Shown: positions 27,731 through 41,024 of the stretch, piece after piece
Numbering within the stretch: the first letter of the stretch is position 1
Layout of the letters: the number at the start of each line of letters is the position of its first letter
Origin: Vicugna vicugna
Lineage: Eukaryota
Length of the DNA: 64,000 bases
Direction: 5' to 3'
NCBI GenBank assembly: GCA_013265495.1
Contig: MU058065.1
Coordinates: 560,001 to 624,000 of the forward strand
Notes under the pieces: model-generated
What the model saw: only the letters and a program-made list of their open reading frames with translations
What the model was told of the DNA's origin: nothing
The model's database searches: none
Made by a program: the position numbers and the translations under genes

Positions 27731-27965
27731 ATTAACGATGCTTGATGGCTCAATATATTGAGCAAAGAAGTTGCTTGCTTTGACACTGTGAGCTGACATT
27801 TGCATTAGGGGGGAAAAAGGTCTTACTGCAATCCTTGTTTGATTTTGAAACACAAAGAAGAAAATAGAGAGGAAAGTGGACCCTGTCTCTTGATGAATCA
27901 TAAATTCTATCTTAAAGGGATTCACCTTTTTAAGTTTCCTTCCATTTCAAAGCACAGTCCCTCAC

Positions 27966-28697
27966 TTAGTATTATGGACTGAATTAATTCTAAGAATATC
28001 ACATCCGAAACATACAGACTGAGAAAATTTCCCTTGAGTGTGCGTTGCACAGGGAGAATCCCAATTATAATGCAAAACAAAATGAGATGAGAAAAAGAAA
28101 CATAAAAAAAAACAAAACAGCTCCATTCTCTGTTCTGCCCCACGGTCTCCATTTGGAGACAATTTCTCAGCCTTCTCAGGGTTTAAGCACATATTTAACA
28201 TGTTGAGAAACTGCTGTTGGTCTTAGGCTAGAATTTCCTTCAGAAACATCCTCTACCTACTTATTTAGGGCAGCTCCTGTTTCTTCTCACACTCTCTTCT
28301 TGCACATTCATGTTGTGACAGCAATCATATCCTCCAAATGTAGTCATTAACACTCAGCGATCGGAATGTAGGGGGGGGTATTTTTGGTTTCCATTACTCC
28401 AAAATGAAGGTTTCTTTTTCTTTAAGACCTTGGGGGAGCACTAGGTAGTGTGACAGTTTCCTTGAATTTCCAAATCTCCTTCCTGAAGAATTCCACCCAC
28501 AGGAATCAGCCAGTTGGAATTGTGCTGAGATCTGTGCCAAAATCCCTGAAAGCTCTTGAATGAAGAATGCCCTGTACCCGTTTAGTCAGAGATCCCAAAC
28601 TGGATTGACTTCCTTCCTGATCCTTGTTTCTAAACCAATCAGAGATGTTTGTGGTGTACATACATTTGGAGTGACTAGCCAGACAAGTGTTGGGTTG
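27966..28697 (-). pseudogene. Large frameshifted pseudo-exon (YTTNISDWFRNKDQEG..SFKSFQGFW..ELFCFFLC..VQRTLKGNFLSLYVSDVIFLELIQSIIL)
   Basis: Long pyrimidine tract with acceptor AG read as AC; TAA|gtgagg donor; motifs match recalled PCNX EEWLAN..QEG, LCYGLC, LHALFKGDF, WIFADMELL in order. Confidence 0.7.
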
Positions 28698-31600
28698 GTT
28701 GAATAAAGATGAAAACAGAAAATGGAGTTGAAAGACAGACTGGGAATTAAGATGAATGCTATGGGAACGCGTGTAATGAAGCAACACGTGTATTTCTGTT
28801 ACAACCCCAAATATCAATGTATGAACAAACGCATTATTTGGGGAATAATTATATTCAGAAAGATTTGGAATTCTTAAGTTGATTTTCTATACTTTATACT
28901 ATCTTCATGTTTAGCTTTGTCCTGATTCGTTCTGTCAATCATTGAACTGGACTGCTAATCAAATTTCTCTAAAGCTGGTTTTAAGGAGTCTTTGCAAACT
29001 ATTCTCACAGTTCCTATTTATGTGGCTGAACCTCTTAACATGCTCTCCTCTCATACTAGTTTGAGACCACTGGCTCTTTACAAGGGGTCCCTACTCCATT
29101 CCACATTTATCGATAGTTTCCAATACTCTCCAGTTGTAAGAACATTTGCTTCCACTTTTCTTGAGGAGAAGAAAAGATTGAGTACTGTTCTTTTTTTTTG
29201 AGCTAGAACATCTCAATGATATAATTTCAAGACATCGCCTTTTGTGTTATGTCTTTCAATTTTCCCCAAAGTGATAAAATTTTAAAGATGTTGGGACAGT
29301 GTAATTGTTCTTTTATGAAAACACACAAAAAAGAGCTAATACAAAATATTTGGTCCTCTTTCCCTGTGGAATAAAGCAACAAAAATGTATTGGCCTTCCC
29401 TTCCTAGCCCTGAAATAGGTCATTTGTTTCTGGGATATTTGGAACCATTAACCACTTGCCACAGTGCTTCTGCACAAGATGGAGAAAATTACTATCAATT
29501 TTGAAGGTTTACCTTGATTTATGGTTGTCATTTTGTTCTTGAGAGATCTACATCTTTATCACATTTGTGAAAATAAAAGAAAATAAACAAACCTGTAGAT
29601 CCAAGCTCTTGAATACAGGTTTGTAAAGTCAACAATATGGAATGGGATCTGAAGGATTCCAGAAGGATCTAGTTCCTGGCCCCCTTCCCCAATCTCTCTC
29701 CACCTTTCCTACTCAGAACCACGTCTACATGCTGGATTAACTATCTGTTTTCTCCACTTGAGTTACATCTTTCTAATTTATGAGTTTTAAGTCCTATTAA
29801 ACTGCAAGAACATCTTTCTTGTTGTTTTGCAAGAAAACAATGCATTTACTTTGCAGAGATTCCACTGTGGTTGCTGCAGAGTGTGAACATGATTAATATC
29901 ACCTTAAAGTGTTATCTGGCCCTGAGTTGCTTGTGTAGGCTATAGCTTCATTAAGATGGAATCCCATCTTATTTTCCAAATGAAGAATCTGGGAGAAGGT
30001 TTTGATGAGGCAGTAAGAGCTTAGACGTGGCTTTAACTATCTGAAATGCGGGTAGTGATGCCAATGAAGAGGTTGCAGGGCGCTAAAGGAGGAGAGAAAT
30101 ACTGAACACAGACAAACTCACCCTGCTTTACAATTTCACTTAAAGCAGCTTCGGCAGAAACCCTCACTTATTTTCACTTGATTTGTTTACAACTTTCACC
30201 GCACACTTTAACCTTACCTCAACCTTCAGAGTGCATCCAAGACACATAATTATATAAATAAGAACACCTAACATTCAGTAACAAACTGTCGGGTCCCGAG
30301 AAGCTAGGGTGACAGATGACAGTCCTGGATTGACATAGTTGTGAATTTCTTTATTTAAAACCTCATCTCCCATTTAAGCTCTGTTGATTCTATCTTTGCA
30401 AGCAAGGCTTTTCCACAGCAGTATCAAAATATAAATCGTGAGTACTTCTATTAAAATAAGTTTTCAGGTAAGGCTGAGTTGTTATTCATTCTTCACCACA
30501 CTATTAGCATATTAATGTTTGGGTATCTTATGCATAAGTAAATAAAGTGTCTTTGTATCCACTTAATAATATATGCTATTATTATACATATACAATATAC
30601 ACACATATATACAGACACATGTATATGTACTGCACACACACATAAATGTGAAACAACCTTCTGTTTCCCTTATTAGCTTTAACAACCTGTAACACATGAT
30701 CTCTTATGAGTCTAAGATTGGCAATATTGTTTCTCATTTGACGGAGGAGTTACCTTGGATAACCTATCCCCACACAGGGTTTTATGGCCTGCTTTCCAAA
30801 TTATACAAATCACTCTGAAGTGAAAACCATAATGGAAATATTCCAGACTCACATTCCTGCCTCTGGAACACAATGCTTTGGTGGTTTGCCAATTTTTTTT
30901 TTTCTTCATCATTCAGAGTAGTCTATAGAAATGTTTTTGTATGCCAGTATTGAGTACTGGCACCAATGTGTTCTCCTTTAAATTTATTGCTGGCAGCTAC
31001 CAAGATAATTACGAAATGACATACCAGTATCAATTGAATAATACGTCTCAATCCAGGAGACCTCTCATTATCTTAAATAGAACATTAATTTGTATCGTGG
31101 AGACTCCATTTGAAATGTAGGGTCAGAGATTAAAAGAATAAACCAAGACTTAGGTGAACTTGCTGATAGAACAAGATGCTACTGCCAATTTAGGGTCTTA
31201 TCAGGGTAAATTTTTCAATGCCTCAATAGTTTCATTACCAGTGTCATCAAAAAAAACATTTAAGAATTCTGTACAATGCCCTGGGCATTTAAACAGTGCT
31301 GTAGGAAGGAAAACGATGCAAAGAACATATATTCCGTGATCAACATCTGAAGCAATTAAAATATATTATAAAGCATAGACATGACTATGTAAAGTTCATT
31401 CAAGAATGCAAAAATGTTTTACTATTAGGAAATCTTATTTAGCTACTTACATCATTATATTAATAGATTAAAAAGAAAAAAGAGGCAACTCAGTCAATAG
31501 ATATTAAAGATGTGATAAAATTGCATGACATTGGTTGGTATGTTTCATGTTGAAAACCTTTTTTGAAATGGTCATGCGTATTTTCTTAATAGGATAAGAA

Positions 31601-32047
31601 TGTAATCAAATACAACCAATAATTTGCAGCACATGGAAGGATTCTACTTAAATAAAGAACAAGACATGATCACCACTATCATCATCACCATCCAGCATTA
31701 TCTTTCAAGAGCCTATTCACCCATGAGAAAACAACAACAACAAAAGAAGTGTGATGATGATAAGGAAGGAGGCAAAACTGTCAATATTTGATTTTTTGAT
31801 TGTATTATACAGACCACAAGATAATCAATTGGGTGGAGGAAGCCATTTAAAACTAAATTTACAAAACTCTTTTTATTCCATTTTGACAATAATCAGTTAA
31901 AATGTAGTAGGAACAAAAATAAAATACCTAAGAATAGCAAAGAATATCTGGTACCTTCATGAATAAAATTATAAACATTTTATTGAAGCACATAAAATAA
32001 GTATTTAAATAGGAGAGTTGTTTCTCCAAAGATGTCATTATAAATAT

Positions 32048-32300
32048 TGACCAAGAGTTTGTGGGTTTATTTCTGGGCTCTCTGTTCTGTTCCATTGATC
32101 CATATGTCTGTTTTTGTACCAATACCATGCTGTTTTGATGACTGTCACTCTGTGGTATTGTCTGAAATCTGGGAGGGTTATTTCCCCAGCTTCATTTTTT
32201 TTACGAAAATGAATATGTGTATGTTCATGTATGACTGAAGCATTATGTTGTATACCAGAAATTGACACAACAATGTAAACTGACTATTCAATAAAAAATA
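32048..32300 (+). mobile_element. Short 5'-inverted young L1 (inverted ORF2 piece 32048-32202 + sense 3' tip) inside older L1 remnants (~31350-33400)
   Basis: Minus-strand ORF2 peptide [42 protein letters not shown] abuts a plus-strand L1 3' terminus. Confidence 0.85.
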
Positions 32301-34423
32301 TATAAACAAAAAATGTACAAACATAATTCAATCCTAATAAAAGTCTTTCTAAAATATGATAAAATGATTCTGAGGTTGATCTGGAAGAGTAAATACCTAA
32401 CCATAGGCAAACATCTATGATGTATTGAAGGAAGATATTGAAGGGGACCTTAACATACATTGAAAAGCCATAGTAATCAGAAGATTTTGGTACTGGAATA
32501 AACATAAAGAAATAGGAAATTAAAATCGAGCTTTGCATGCCCATGATATTCCCTGAGTATGTGTTGAAAAGATCATTTCTGAGATACGATTATTAGTCAG
32601 TTCATTCCCATTATCCTGGGGCTACACACACAACCAATATTCATTGAAAAATGTACAGTTCTTGCCATTGTATCCAACAAGCTATTTTTCTTGATATGAT
32701 TGGACAGGTTACATAGACACAAACAAACTCTACTTTTTAATGTCAAATGTGTTGAGTTTTTAGTCCCCATTTCCAATAAAGACCCATGCATTTCACAACC
32801 AATTGTTTTATAATTTTTAAATATTTTAATGCAACATCTATGAGTAATGCATATTTAGAGACAAATTAGAAAATACATACCTTTACCCACCTTAGGATAT
32901 TATCTTTTTTTTTCATCACTGGCAGCCTGAGGAGCTAAAAATAGTATCTTGTTCTTTACATTTTATATTTAAATACTAACAAGTTCAAAATTGTGCTTTG
33001 TGTTGATGGGCTGCTGGTGTTTTCCTGGGTGGATTGCGTGTATTTTTAGGCCATTTTTTTTCCAATCTAAGTTTAGTCTTTTACAAATTGATTTGTAAAA
33101 TATATATCTATATATTAAGTTTATTTGAGTTTTTTTTTCAAACACATGGCAAATATTGTCCCATATTGTCCTTTGACTTACAATGCATTTCATCGTAGAG
33201 AAATTGTAATTTTGATGCAGTCAGATTCATTGATCTTCCCCCCGTGCCTGTGATGCTAGTAGGACCTTCCTCATTCCTATACTCACTTACACTTCTCTTC
33301 ATAAACTGGGGGTTTCATTTTCATATGTAAATCTTCCATCCATTTAGATTTATTCTGGTGTAGAATATGTGAAGGGACTATAACTTTATTAGTCTGCTTT
33401 CTTTCTATTATGAAATATGATCTTTATTTGATATAAATCAATTTAATTTTATATATATAAAATATAATATATTTGGTATATATTTATGTATTTAATATAA
33501 TAGGATCTGGTTTTTTTTTCAATCTGCCTTAAATTCATGATATTTTTTAAATGCCCTGAAGCTCTGAAGCCTATTTAAGGCCATGAAATAGCATTACAAA
33601 GCTTTTGTCTTTTATAGAATGGCATGGAATGTGAAAATCCAAAAAGAAAAAAAATCAATAATAATTTGATACATAATAGTGTACACACATGAGTTAATCT
33701 CTGTAATACCTTCCTTTTCTTCCTTTTTGTGCTACATCAAACAGAATTTTACTGCTGATGCTGAGTGAGAGAAAGCAGCTTCCAAGGGGGCCCAGAGGAC
33801 GCACCTCAGGAAGACAGAGACCTGCCGCACTCACAAGCAAGCCGCCAGCATTTTGAAGTGCCTATTGCTGCATAATGAGGCTTTCTAAATAAATCACGTG
33901 TAGTGCTGATTAATAATATTCAGTATATATGCATAAGCAGACTCTAATTTACCTTCACATGAGGCATAAACTGTTACAACCTAAAAAGAAATGTAAAGAG
34001 ACAATTCAGAGAACGTTTAGCATAACGCTTAACTGTCAAGCCACGTGCAAGTTATCTTTAGCGACATCTGACACCTACTGTGACCAAAGCAGACGCTTGA
34101 CAGGTCATAAGTTTCCTAAAGCCACCATTTCAAGTTGAAGTTGTGGAACTGCAAGCAGAAGCATTGCCAGTGGACCTGGAAGACCACTCTCGAGAATTCC
34201 ATCCCAATTCCTTGCCCCCTTGGTTGCCGCCATTATCATCACTACCACCATTGGCAGCAAGGTCTCTCTACTGTTCCACTAGGCATCTCAGATGTCAATA
34301 ATGAATGAATATACACTACACGAGGCCCTTCATTACTACTTTGATATAGGCATAATGTCATTGATATTATTTTTAGTTAAGGTACTACCAAAATTAAAGT
34401 GTTTTATGTAAACAAAAATATAC

Positions 34424-35185
34424 TTGCTTGGTGAAATTTTAATTGTCCCCATTTTTTTGTTTATGTCCCGAACAGGTTCCCATACCAAAGAGAAGCCTAG
34501 AAGGTGCCACTTTATTCAAGTGATCAAAGGAAGCGCTATCAGTAATGGAACAAATCTAAACTGCTGATATGATGCATCAGTGAAGTGTGATTATGCAAAG
34601 GGCAAAATGCAACAGCGATACTGGGTAGGTGAAAACAGATGACTGGCAAGGACTGTCAGCTGAGCTACAATTTGTAGCTGCTGGGATCTGGATGCAAGCT
34701 TGTGGATTTCGAGTCAGCAGAATTCAACATTCCACTCTCAAACTGAAATAAGGCACACATAGATCCTCGTTATTCTTTTTCTTGTCTGTAGGACACGAAG
34801 AGTTTTAGATGATTTTTGGAGCAGCACTGTAAGTACACCATCATGCCCACATCCTTCAAATCTTGTCTTTAATATAGTGCATGAATGACACATTGGTATT
34901 TTAGATTCCTGAGGATCTTGGGACTTTTTTGTGTGAAAGGATTAAAGCATTTTTGTGTGAGCTGACTGGTACTGAAAGGTCTCTTGAATAAAGATGGCAC
35001 TATGGTTGGATGTAAATTTACTGAGGCCAGGGTAACACGTCCTTCTGTCTGGGGTATGTTCATTTGTACATGATGTTGGATGTTCTCCTGCCAATATGCC
35101 CTCTTCACTTCGCTTCTTGTACCAAGAAGGTCCCTGAGCTTTCAATGACTTTGATCAATATGAAATTGTTCCCAGTACTGACATG
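34424..35185 (-). pseudogene. Candidate large pseudo-exon encoding an insertion relative to canonical PCNX
   Basis: Pyrimidine tract + gattttag acceptor; ~150 codons with only 2 internal stops (MSVLGTISY*SKSLKAQGPSWYKKRSEEG...), CAA|gtatat donor; no repeat or homology recognised. Confidence 0.4.
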
Positions 35186-38100
35186 CTAAAATCAGTTGGG
35201 GAGGGAAAAAAAACCACAGCTGATTCATACACACAAAAAAGTGAATTAATTGGCTTGGGGAGGAATCCAGTTATTGTTATTTTAAAAATCTTCCCTGAGT
35301 TCTAAACCATCATCATAGATGAACTTTAGATGGACTAGCTGGCAAAGGACTCCTAAGAAATCAACTTGTTTATCCATCTTGTTGTACTGCTCAGATGACT
35401 GTTAGCATGTTAAAACGGTTTTTGACCAAAGGGATATAGTGTACTCATACTCATATTGGGTGGAAACTCTGAAGCTGCTTGGATGGCAGAGGAAGGAAAC
35501 AATATTGAGAAATACGGTAAGAAGATGCAAAGTTTTCAATGAGTCTACCTCCTGGACGAGCTTTAAACAATGAGCTCAGATGTGAAGTAAATGAGTACAA
35601 TAACGTAATATTCCTACTAAATGAACTTGTTTACTAAACCAGCACCTAACATGAGCCGTGTCCCACACTACACTTTAAGGATCTTAAGATTGAGAGTTGA
35701 ACGAGATTCCATCAATGAGAAAGGCAAAGACAACAAAAATCCCTTGAAACTGAAACATGCGACAGTAGAGAAATGCAGTGTGGGAAAAGGAACTAAGGTA
35801 TTTGGTGACAAATAGGGAAGATCATTACTCTCCCTGAAAATCAGATTTGTGTGACTTTTTTTTTTCCTTTTTTATTACCATGGTAAATTTCCTACAGTTC
35901 TTACTTTTACTGTGGGAACCCTTAGCCCTTGTTTATAATTTTTTTTTCTTCTTTGTTTGCTTACTTTTGCTTGCAAAATAACAGAACACCATGATCTGGG
36001 ACTCAACTTTATTTGAATAAAAATGTTTATTTATGAGAACATAAAAAAACAAATGGGTCAGTTTCAGTGAATTCTCTAGAGGATTCAGCAATAGTTAATT
36101 GCTTCCATCCTAGGGCAATTATAGCCAGCATTTCCCAAGACTATGACTTGGAACTTTTCCAGAGGTGATTGATAGGACAAACTCCAACAAAAGGTTCCAA
36201 GTCAAATGAATCTGGATTAGGCAAAGTTAAATATGTTTATTTATCTCAGGATTACTTAGAATCTTTAATATACTCGTACACAACACGACTCACTAAGCAG
36301 AAGGTATTTTGTTCAGGGTTTCTTCAGGGTGGGGAGTATTGACCCCGTTTTTTTCCTTAGAGTTGACAACAATACAGCCCTGTGAATCTTCCAGTTGCCT
36401 CTCCTAAGGGTCTATGATTCAAATGTCACTCTACCAGAGAGACTGGCCAGCTACCTGGTCTAAATTAATGTCAGACTCGCATCACTTTCGACCCTCTTAC
36501 CTTTTTCTCCATAGAACTTACTAGTACCTGCCATCCTTACTGTCTGTTTCTCACTCCCCCTTAGAATTTAACACCCACGAGAATAAAGCCTTGCTTCTCC
36601 TCAGCGCTTGCCACGGGATAAATTCTCAAAATATATTTGTTGACCAAGTTTTTTCCTACATCACCATCTTTTGTGTATGGCTTTTGTTTCCATGGCCACA
36701 AGATGGCTGCTCTATTTCCAAGCGTTATTCTGTCAATGTTCTAGACAGAAAGAAAGGCTAATGATAAAAATCTTGTGCCTGCTGGGGTCCTCCTTCCTGT
36801 CTGGGAAAAAAACCACAGTTTTCCGAGTGGTTTTGCTCTGTAGATTTCTGCTTGTACCTTGTAGTTATATCTGTGTCACCTGAATACCGTGGGCTGCAAG
36901 GGCTTCTACAAAGATGAGTATTCTCACTGGGAAAACATCATTCTGAACAAATAGGATTTCTGTTAACAAGGAATAATGCTACACTGGGTATTTTGTATGC
37001 CACTAATGGGCGTCGCTACCTGCCCAAGGAGGCTGTGGGTGTCATAGCTTCACTCACGTTACTTGTTTGACTCCCTGGGCATTGGAGTTTTCAATCTTGA
37101 ACTAGAGATTTCTTAAAGTCATTCCCAGTTTTTAAACTTTGTGATTTTATGATCACTACATTTCCAGCAAATGCCCTTGACTTATCTATAACAGAAGATT
37201 CTCATGCATTAAGTTTAAATGAATAATTGATTATTTAAAGGAAAAGAGCTTCCCTTTTTCCTGTTTTAAAAAAAATCCCAACACTTCCAGGTAATGATCA
37301 GCTCTGTTCTGAAGTCATTCTGAGTCGTGTTCACTGAAGTAAAACAAATGTTCTGGAGCAAGTGAGCGTCCGTCCCCTGGGAAGGTTTGTCATGCAGCCG
37401 TCACGAGTCCTAATCACAGTCTCAGGAACAATGATGATGCTGTCACTTGGAGGTCAGGAAGGGAAGCTGAAAGGCTCAGGAATCTAAGCCAGAGCAAGAA
37501 TGGCAGAGGACACAGGAAAAAATATAATAATCACTCGCATAGAAGGAAATGAAGACACACAAAGAAAACACTTTGTGAAAATTGTTGAAAACTGGAACAT
37601 TTGGTTCTATAAAATATCCTGTCACCTTCTAACAACTTTCCATTTTGCTATTTGGTAAGTGACGAGTTTCACGTCGCATAGGTGGCCAGTTCCACTAAAG
37701 ACAGTTGCTTGAGCCTTATCAGTACTGTTTATCAGAGAACGTTGCACTGGGCTAGAGACATTCATTCCAGTCCTAATCTTCACTCCTGGCTGGCCAGGGG
37801 ACTTCGGGATAGGTCCAGAAGAGAGGTTGATATTTACTGAGTGCCTACCTTTTCCACACTAATCATATCATTTATTTTTTTGTGATAACTCTGCTAACCT
37901 ATTGCAGAAGAGGAAATTGAAGCACAGGGTATAAACTCAGACAAATTACTTGAACCTGCTGCTTTTTCCATTTTCTCTAATCTTTTTGGCATTGGACTGG
38001 ATGACAAACTTCTTCATTCGTTTAATGATTGCATAATTGTCAGAAAATGACTTCACTTCCTTAATATTCAGTTTTCTCATTTGCAGAATGGAGATAATGG

Positions 38101-38249
38101 AGTCTACCGTTATCTACCTTACAGGAATTTCACAAAAACAAATAAAATGATAATAGGTGAAAGTAAATTTCATGCTGTCAACTCTGTAAAATTCAGTTGA
38201 TTTTAGGACTTCCCATTTATGTTTTTATTATGTTTTGACAAAAAAATCT

Positions 38250-39225
38250 GTAATTCCCTTTTTGATTATTGGTGTGATGTACAAGGCAAAGATTTATTTA
38301 TTTTTTCCCATAGGGATAGTTAATTAGCCCATCACCATTTTTAATCAATGCCACCCTCCCCCCACGCTGTTCCGCATTGCCACCTTTTTAGTGATCGATG
38401 ATATATGTCTACAAATCTGTCTCGGGATTCTGTTTTTTCCCACTTGTTTGTGTATACCCATACTGATGTCACATTATCTTCATTACTATCGATTTTAAAT
38501 GATCCTTGACATCTGATACTGTAGTAGATTTGTTCTTTTTTCAGATTGCCTTAGCTAGATGTGGCTAAGCCGTTGACAATATTCAATTTACCAATCCCTA
38601 AATATATTTTAATTACTTTAATTACTCAGACTAATGTCTTATTGCTTCCAGTGAGGAGATCTTATATATCTTTCCTTAGATTTATTCCTATGCATTATTT
38701 TTAAAATATTCTTTGTTAAATAAGATTTTTATTTTAAATTTTACTTTTTTTGCAGCTGGTATGTAGAGATAGATTGAGGGTTTTGTTTGTTTGTTTTTCA
38801 CATTGACCTTGCATCCAGTACCTTGGTAGATTTACTTATTAATTTTAGTTTGGCGATTCTTTGGACTTTTTAATGTACACATCTATGTTATATGTTAATA
38901 GCCATAGTTTAAATTTCTTTATTTCTAATTCTTATTACTTTTGTTTCTAAGGCTTGCCTTTCTGCACTGCCTAGAACTGGTAGTCTGTTTTCAGTAGAGG
39001 TAGTGACAATGAATGTCCTTGTTTCATTCTCAATATCAAGGGGGATATTTGCAATACTTGATTAATGAGTGCTGTGTTTGCTTAGATTTTTAATAGATAT
39101 CCTTTATCAGATTTAGGAAGTTCCACTGTGTTCCTAGTGTGCTGAAATTAAAAAAAAAAGAAATCTAATTATCTTTTTTAAAAGTCTCTAACTTTTAAAT
39201 AACTAAATAGCCAAAGAACGTCTAT

Positions 39226-39262
<37 letters not shown>

Positions 39263-39700
39263 AAGAGAGAGAGTTTAAAATGGAAAGTATTCAAACAGGC
39301 AAATAAAAACTGTAAATAAGAAACATGCATTTCCAGATTGAAAAGATCCGTTGACTTTCGTGCACAGTGAATGGAAAAGAGCCCACATCAGTGCACATCA
39401 CTGTGACATTTCAGAATGCCAATGACAGAGAAGATTCTAAAGATTTACAGAGTAAGAAGGAAAGAAGGAAAGGATGAACCAAGGGCATATATATAAGCTC
39501 AGAATCAGACAATCTTTAGATTTCTTAAGACCAGCGCTAAAAATAAAAAGATGAAATAAATCAATAAAGCAATCACTTCAAAATCTTTAAGGAGAATTAT
39601 TTCCTCCTTGAATTCTATACCTAGACAAACTATCAAGAAGGCATGAAGATAGAATAGAGATATTCAGACTTGCAAAGTCTCCAAAATTTCATCAGTCCCA
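38250..39700. mobile_element. Ancient L1 fragments (minus-strand ORF2-like 38250-39150; plus-strand ORF1-like 39300-39700)
   Basis: Degenerate L1 motifs (tagatttattccta, ttcctagtgtgctg, gaattctatacctagacaaactatc). Confidence 0.55.
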
Positions 39701-40529
39701 TGTGACTTCTCCCCTGCCATCCCTCTATCCTGCCAAATTATGAACACTTTTTCCCTCTCTCCAAAATTATTACAGCACTGCCTCACATGCAACATTATTT
39801 TGTGAAATATAATTAAAATGAATTATTAGAAACAATAAAGTACAGCTCAAATCTTATTATTTGATTCAACAGACATTAAATTTCATATTAATAAATATGA
39901 TCTGAACAAACCTAAGAATTATAAAATCTATACATATTTATCATTACAAATGAATGTGTATGTATATATATATATAAATTAAATTGGTAGTCTTCATTAA
40001 ACTAGAAAATTTTAGTTGTTCCACATTTGTAGCTTAAAAAATAGTCATTCCTTGTTTTATACACATACATGTTTAGTTTAACCACCCAAGTTTTTTTTCC
40101 AAATTTAATGTTTTTAATGCCACAAATGTGCTCATTTTTTGCTTGTTAATTTATCCATTCTAAGTTGGACTAATGGCAATAGTATCCCAGGGTATAATGT
40201 ATACCTAAAATATTCCTATGTTTTGTTTTAATTACACTTATTGAAGTGAAACTAGTCTCCCAAAATATCTGACAGAAAGGGAAGAAGAGATTTCAAAGCT
40301 AATTGGGCATACTAAGGCTATTCAGTTACATCGTTTATTTAAAACCAAGCACACGATTCTATATTTTCAACATTCATCTCCTATTTTTTACCAATTGCTA
40401 GTTCCAGCAATCTATCATGTAAAGTCTTAAGTTTAAATTGTCTTTCAGTGAAAGAAAAGGATTCTGGATCCTTGACTATTCTATGGAATATATAAATATA
40501 TATATAATAAAAATAAAAAGTTGTTTTAT

Positions 40530-40640
40530 CAAATTTATGAACAAAGGTGCTCAGTGATAACTTTTCCCAAATGTGCAATTTCAAGATTATCTTCTACTTC
40601 ACTGATAATTATGCTAAATTATAAAATATGTTTTAACAAT
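40530..40640 (-). pseudogene. Pseudo-exon (IVKTY/ frameshift /FSIIISEVEDNLEIAHLGKVITEHLCS*I)
   Basis: tttttgcag acceptor; matches recalled PCNX [31 protein letters not shown]; donor degenerate. Confidence 0.7.
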
Positions 40641-41024
40641 CTGCAAAAATTCTCTAAGCTGATCTGCCATTATAAAGTGTCTTACATTCCTCCCTCACAT
40701 GAGAGTATTAAGGTAATTGAAAGTACTAATGAGAGCAAATAAATAAGGAAGTCTGATTGTTCAGTTTATCATTAAAATTTGAGACCTAACCTATTCTATT
40801 ATTTTTCAAGAAAGTCATGAGGTCAATAGTCTAAACAGAGCTTTTTCCCTTGAAAACCATTGTACCTCAGCATGGAAAGAAGCTGCGTGCAATCAGTTGT
40901 CTTTATTATCCCCATAATTAGTTCAATCAGTTAAAATTTAATACATTAGTCTTTGCATGATTCATGCCATGTAACCTAGCTGACATTTTTTTGCAGTAAA
41001 ATTTCTTGATAAAGAATGCTGTGT

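Noticed and set aside
34792..34828. Plus-strand micro-exon (TRRVLDDFWSST) with good AG and GTAAGT sites
   Set aside because: No coherent plus-strand exon chain; it overlaps the minus-strand candidate exon. An antisense lncRNA exon cannot be excluded.
37280..37485. Extra minus-strand exon candidate
   Set aside because: Acceptor-like site present but all frames have stops, there is no clear donor and no Pecanex motif needs it.
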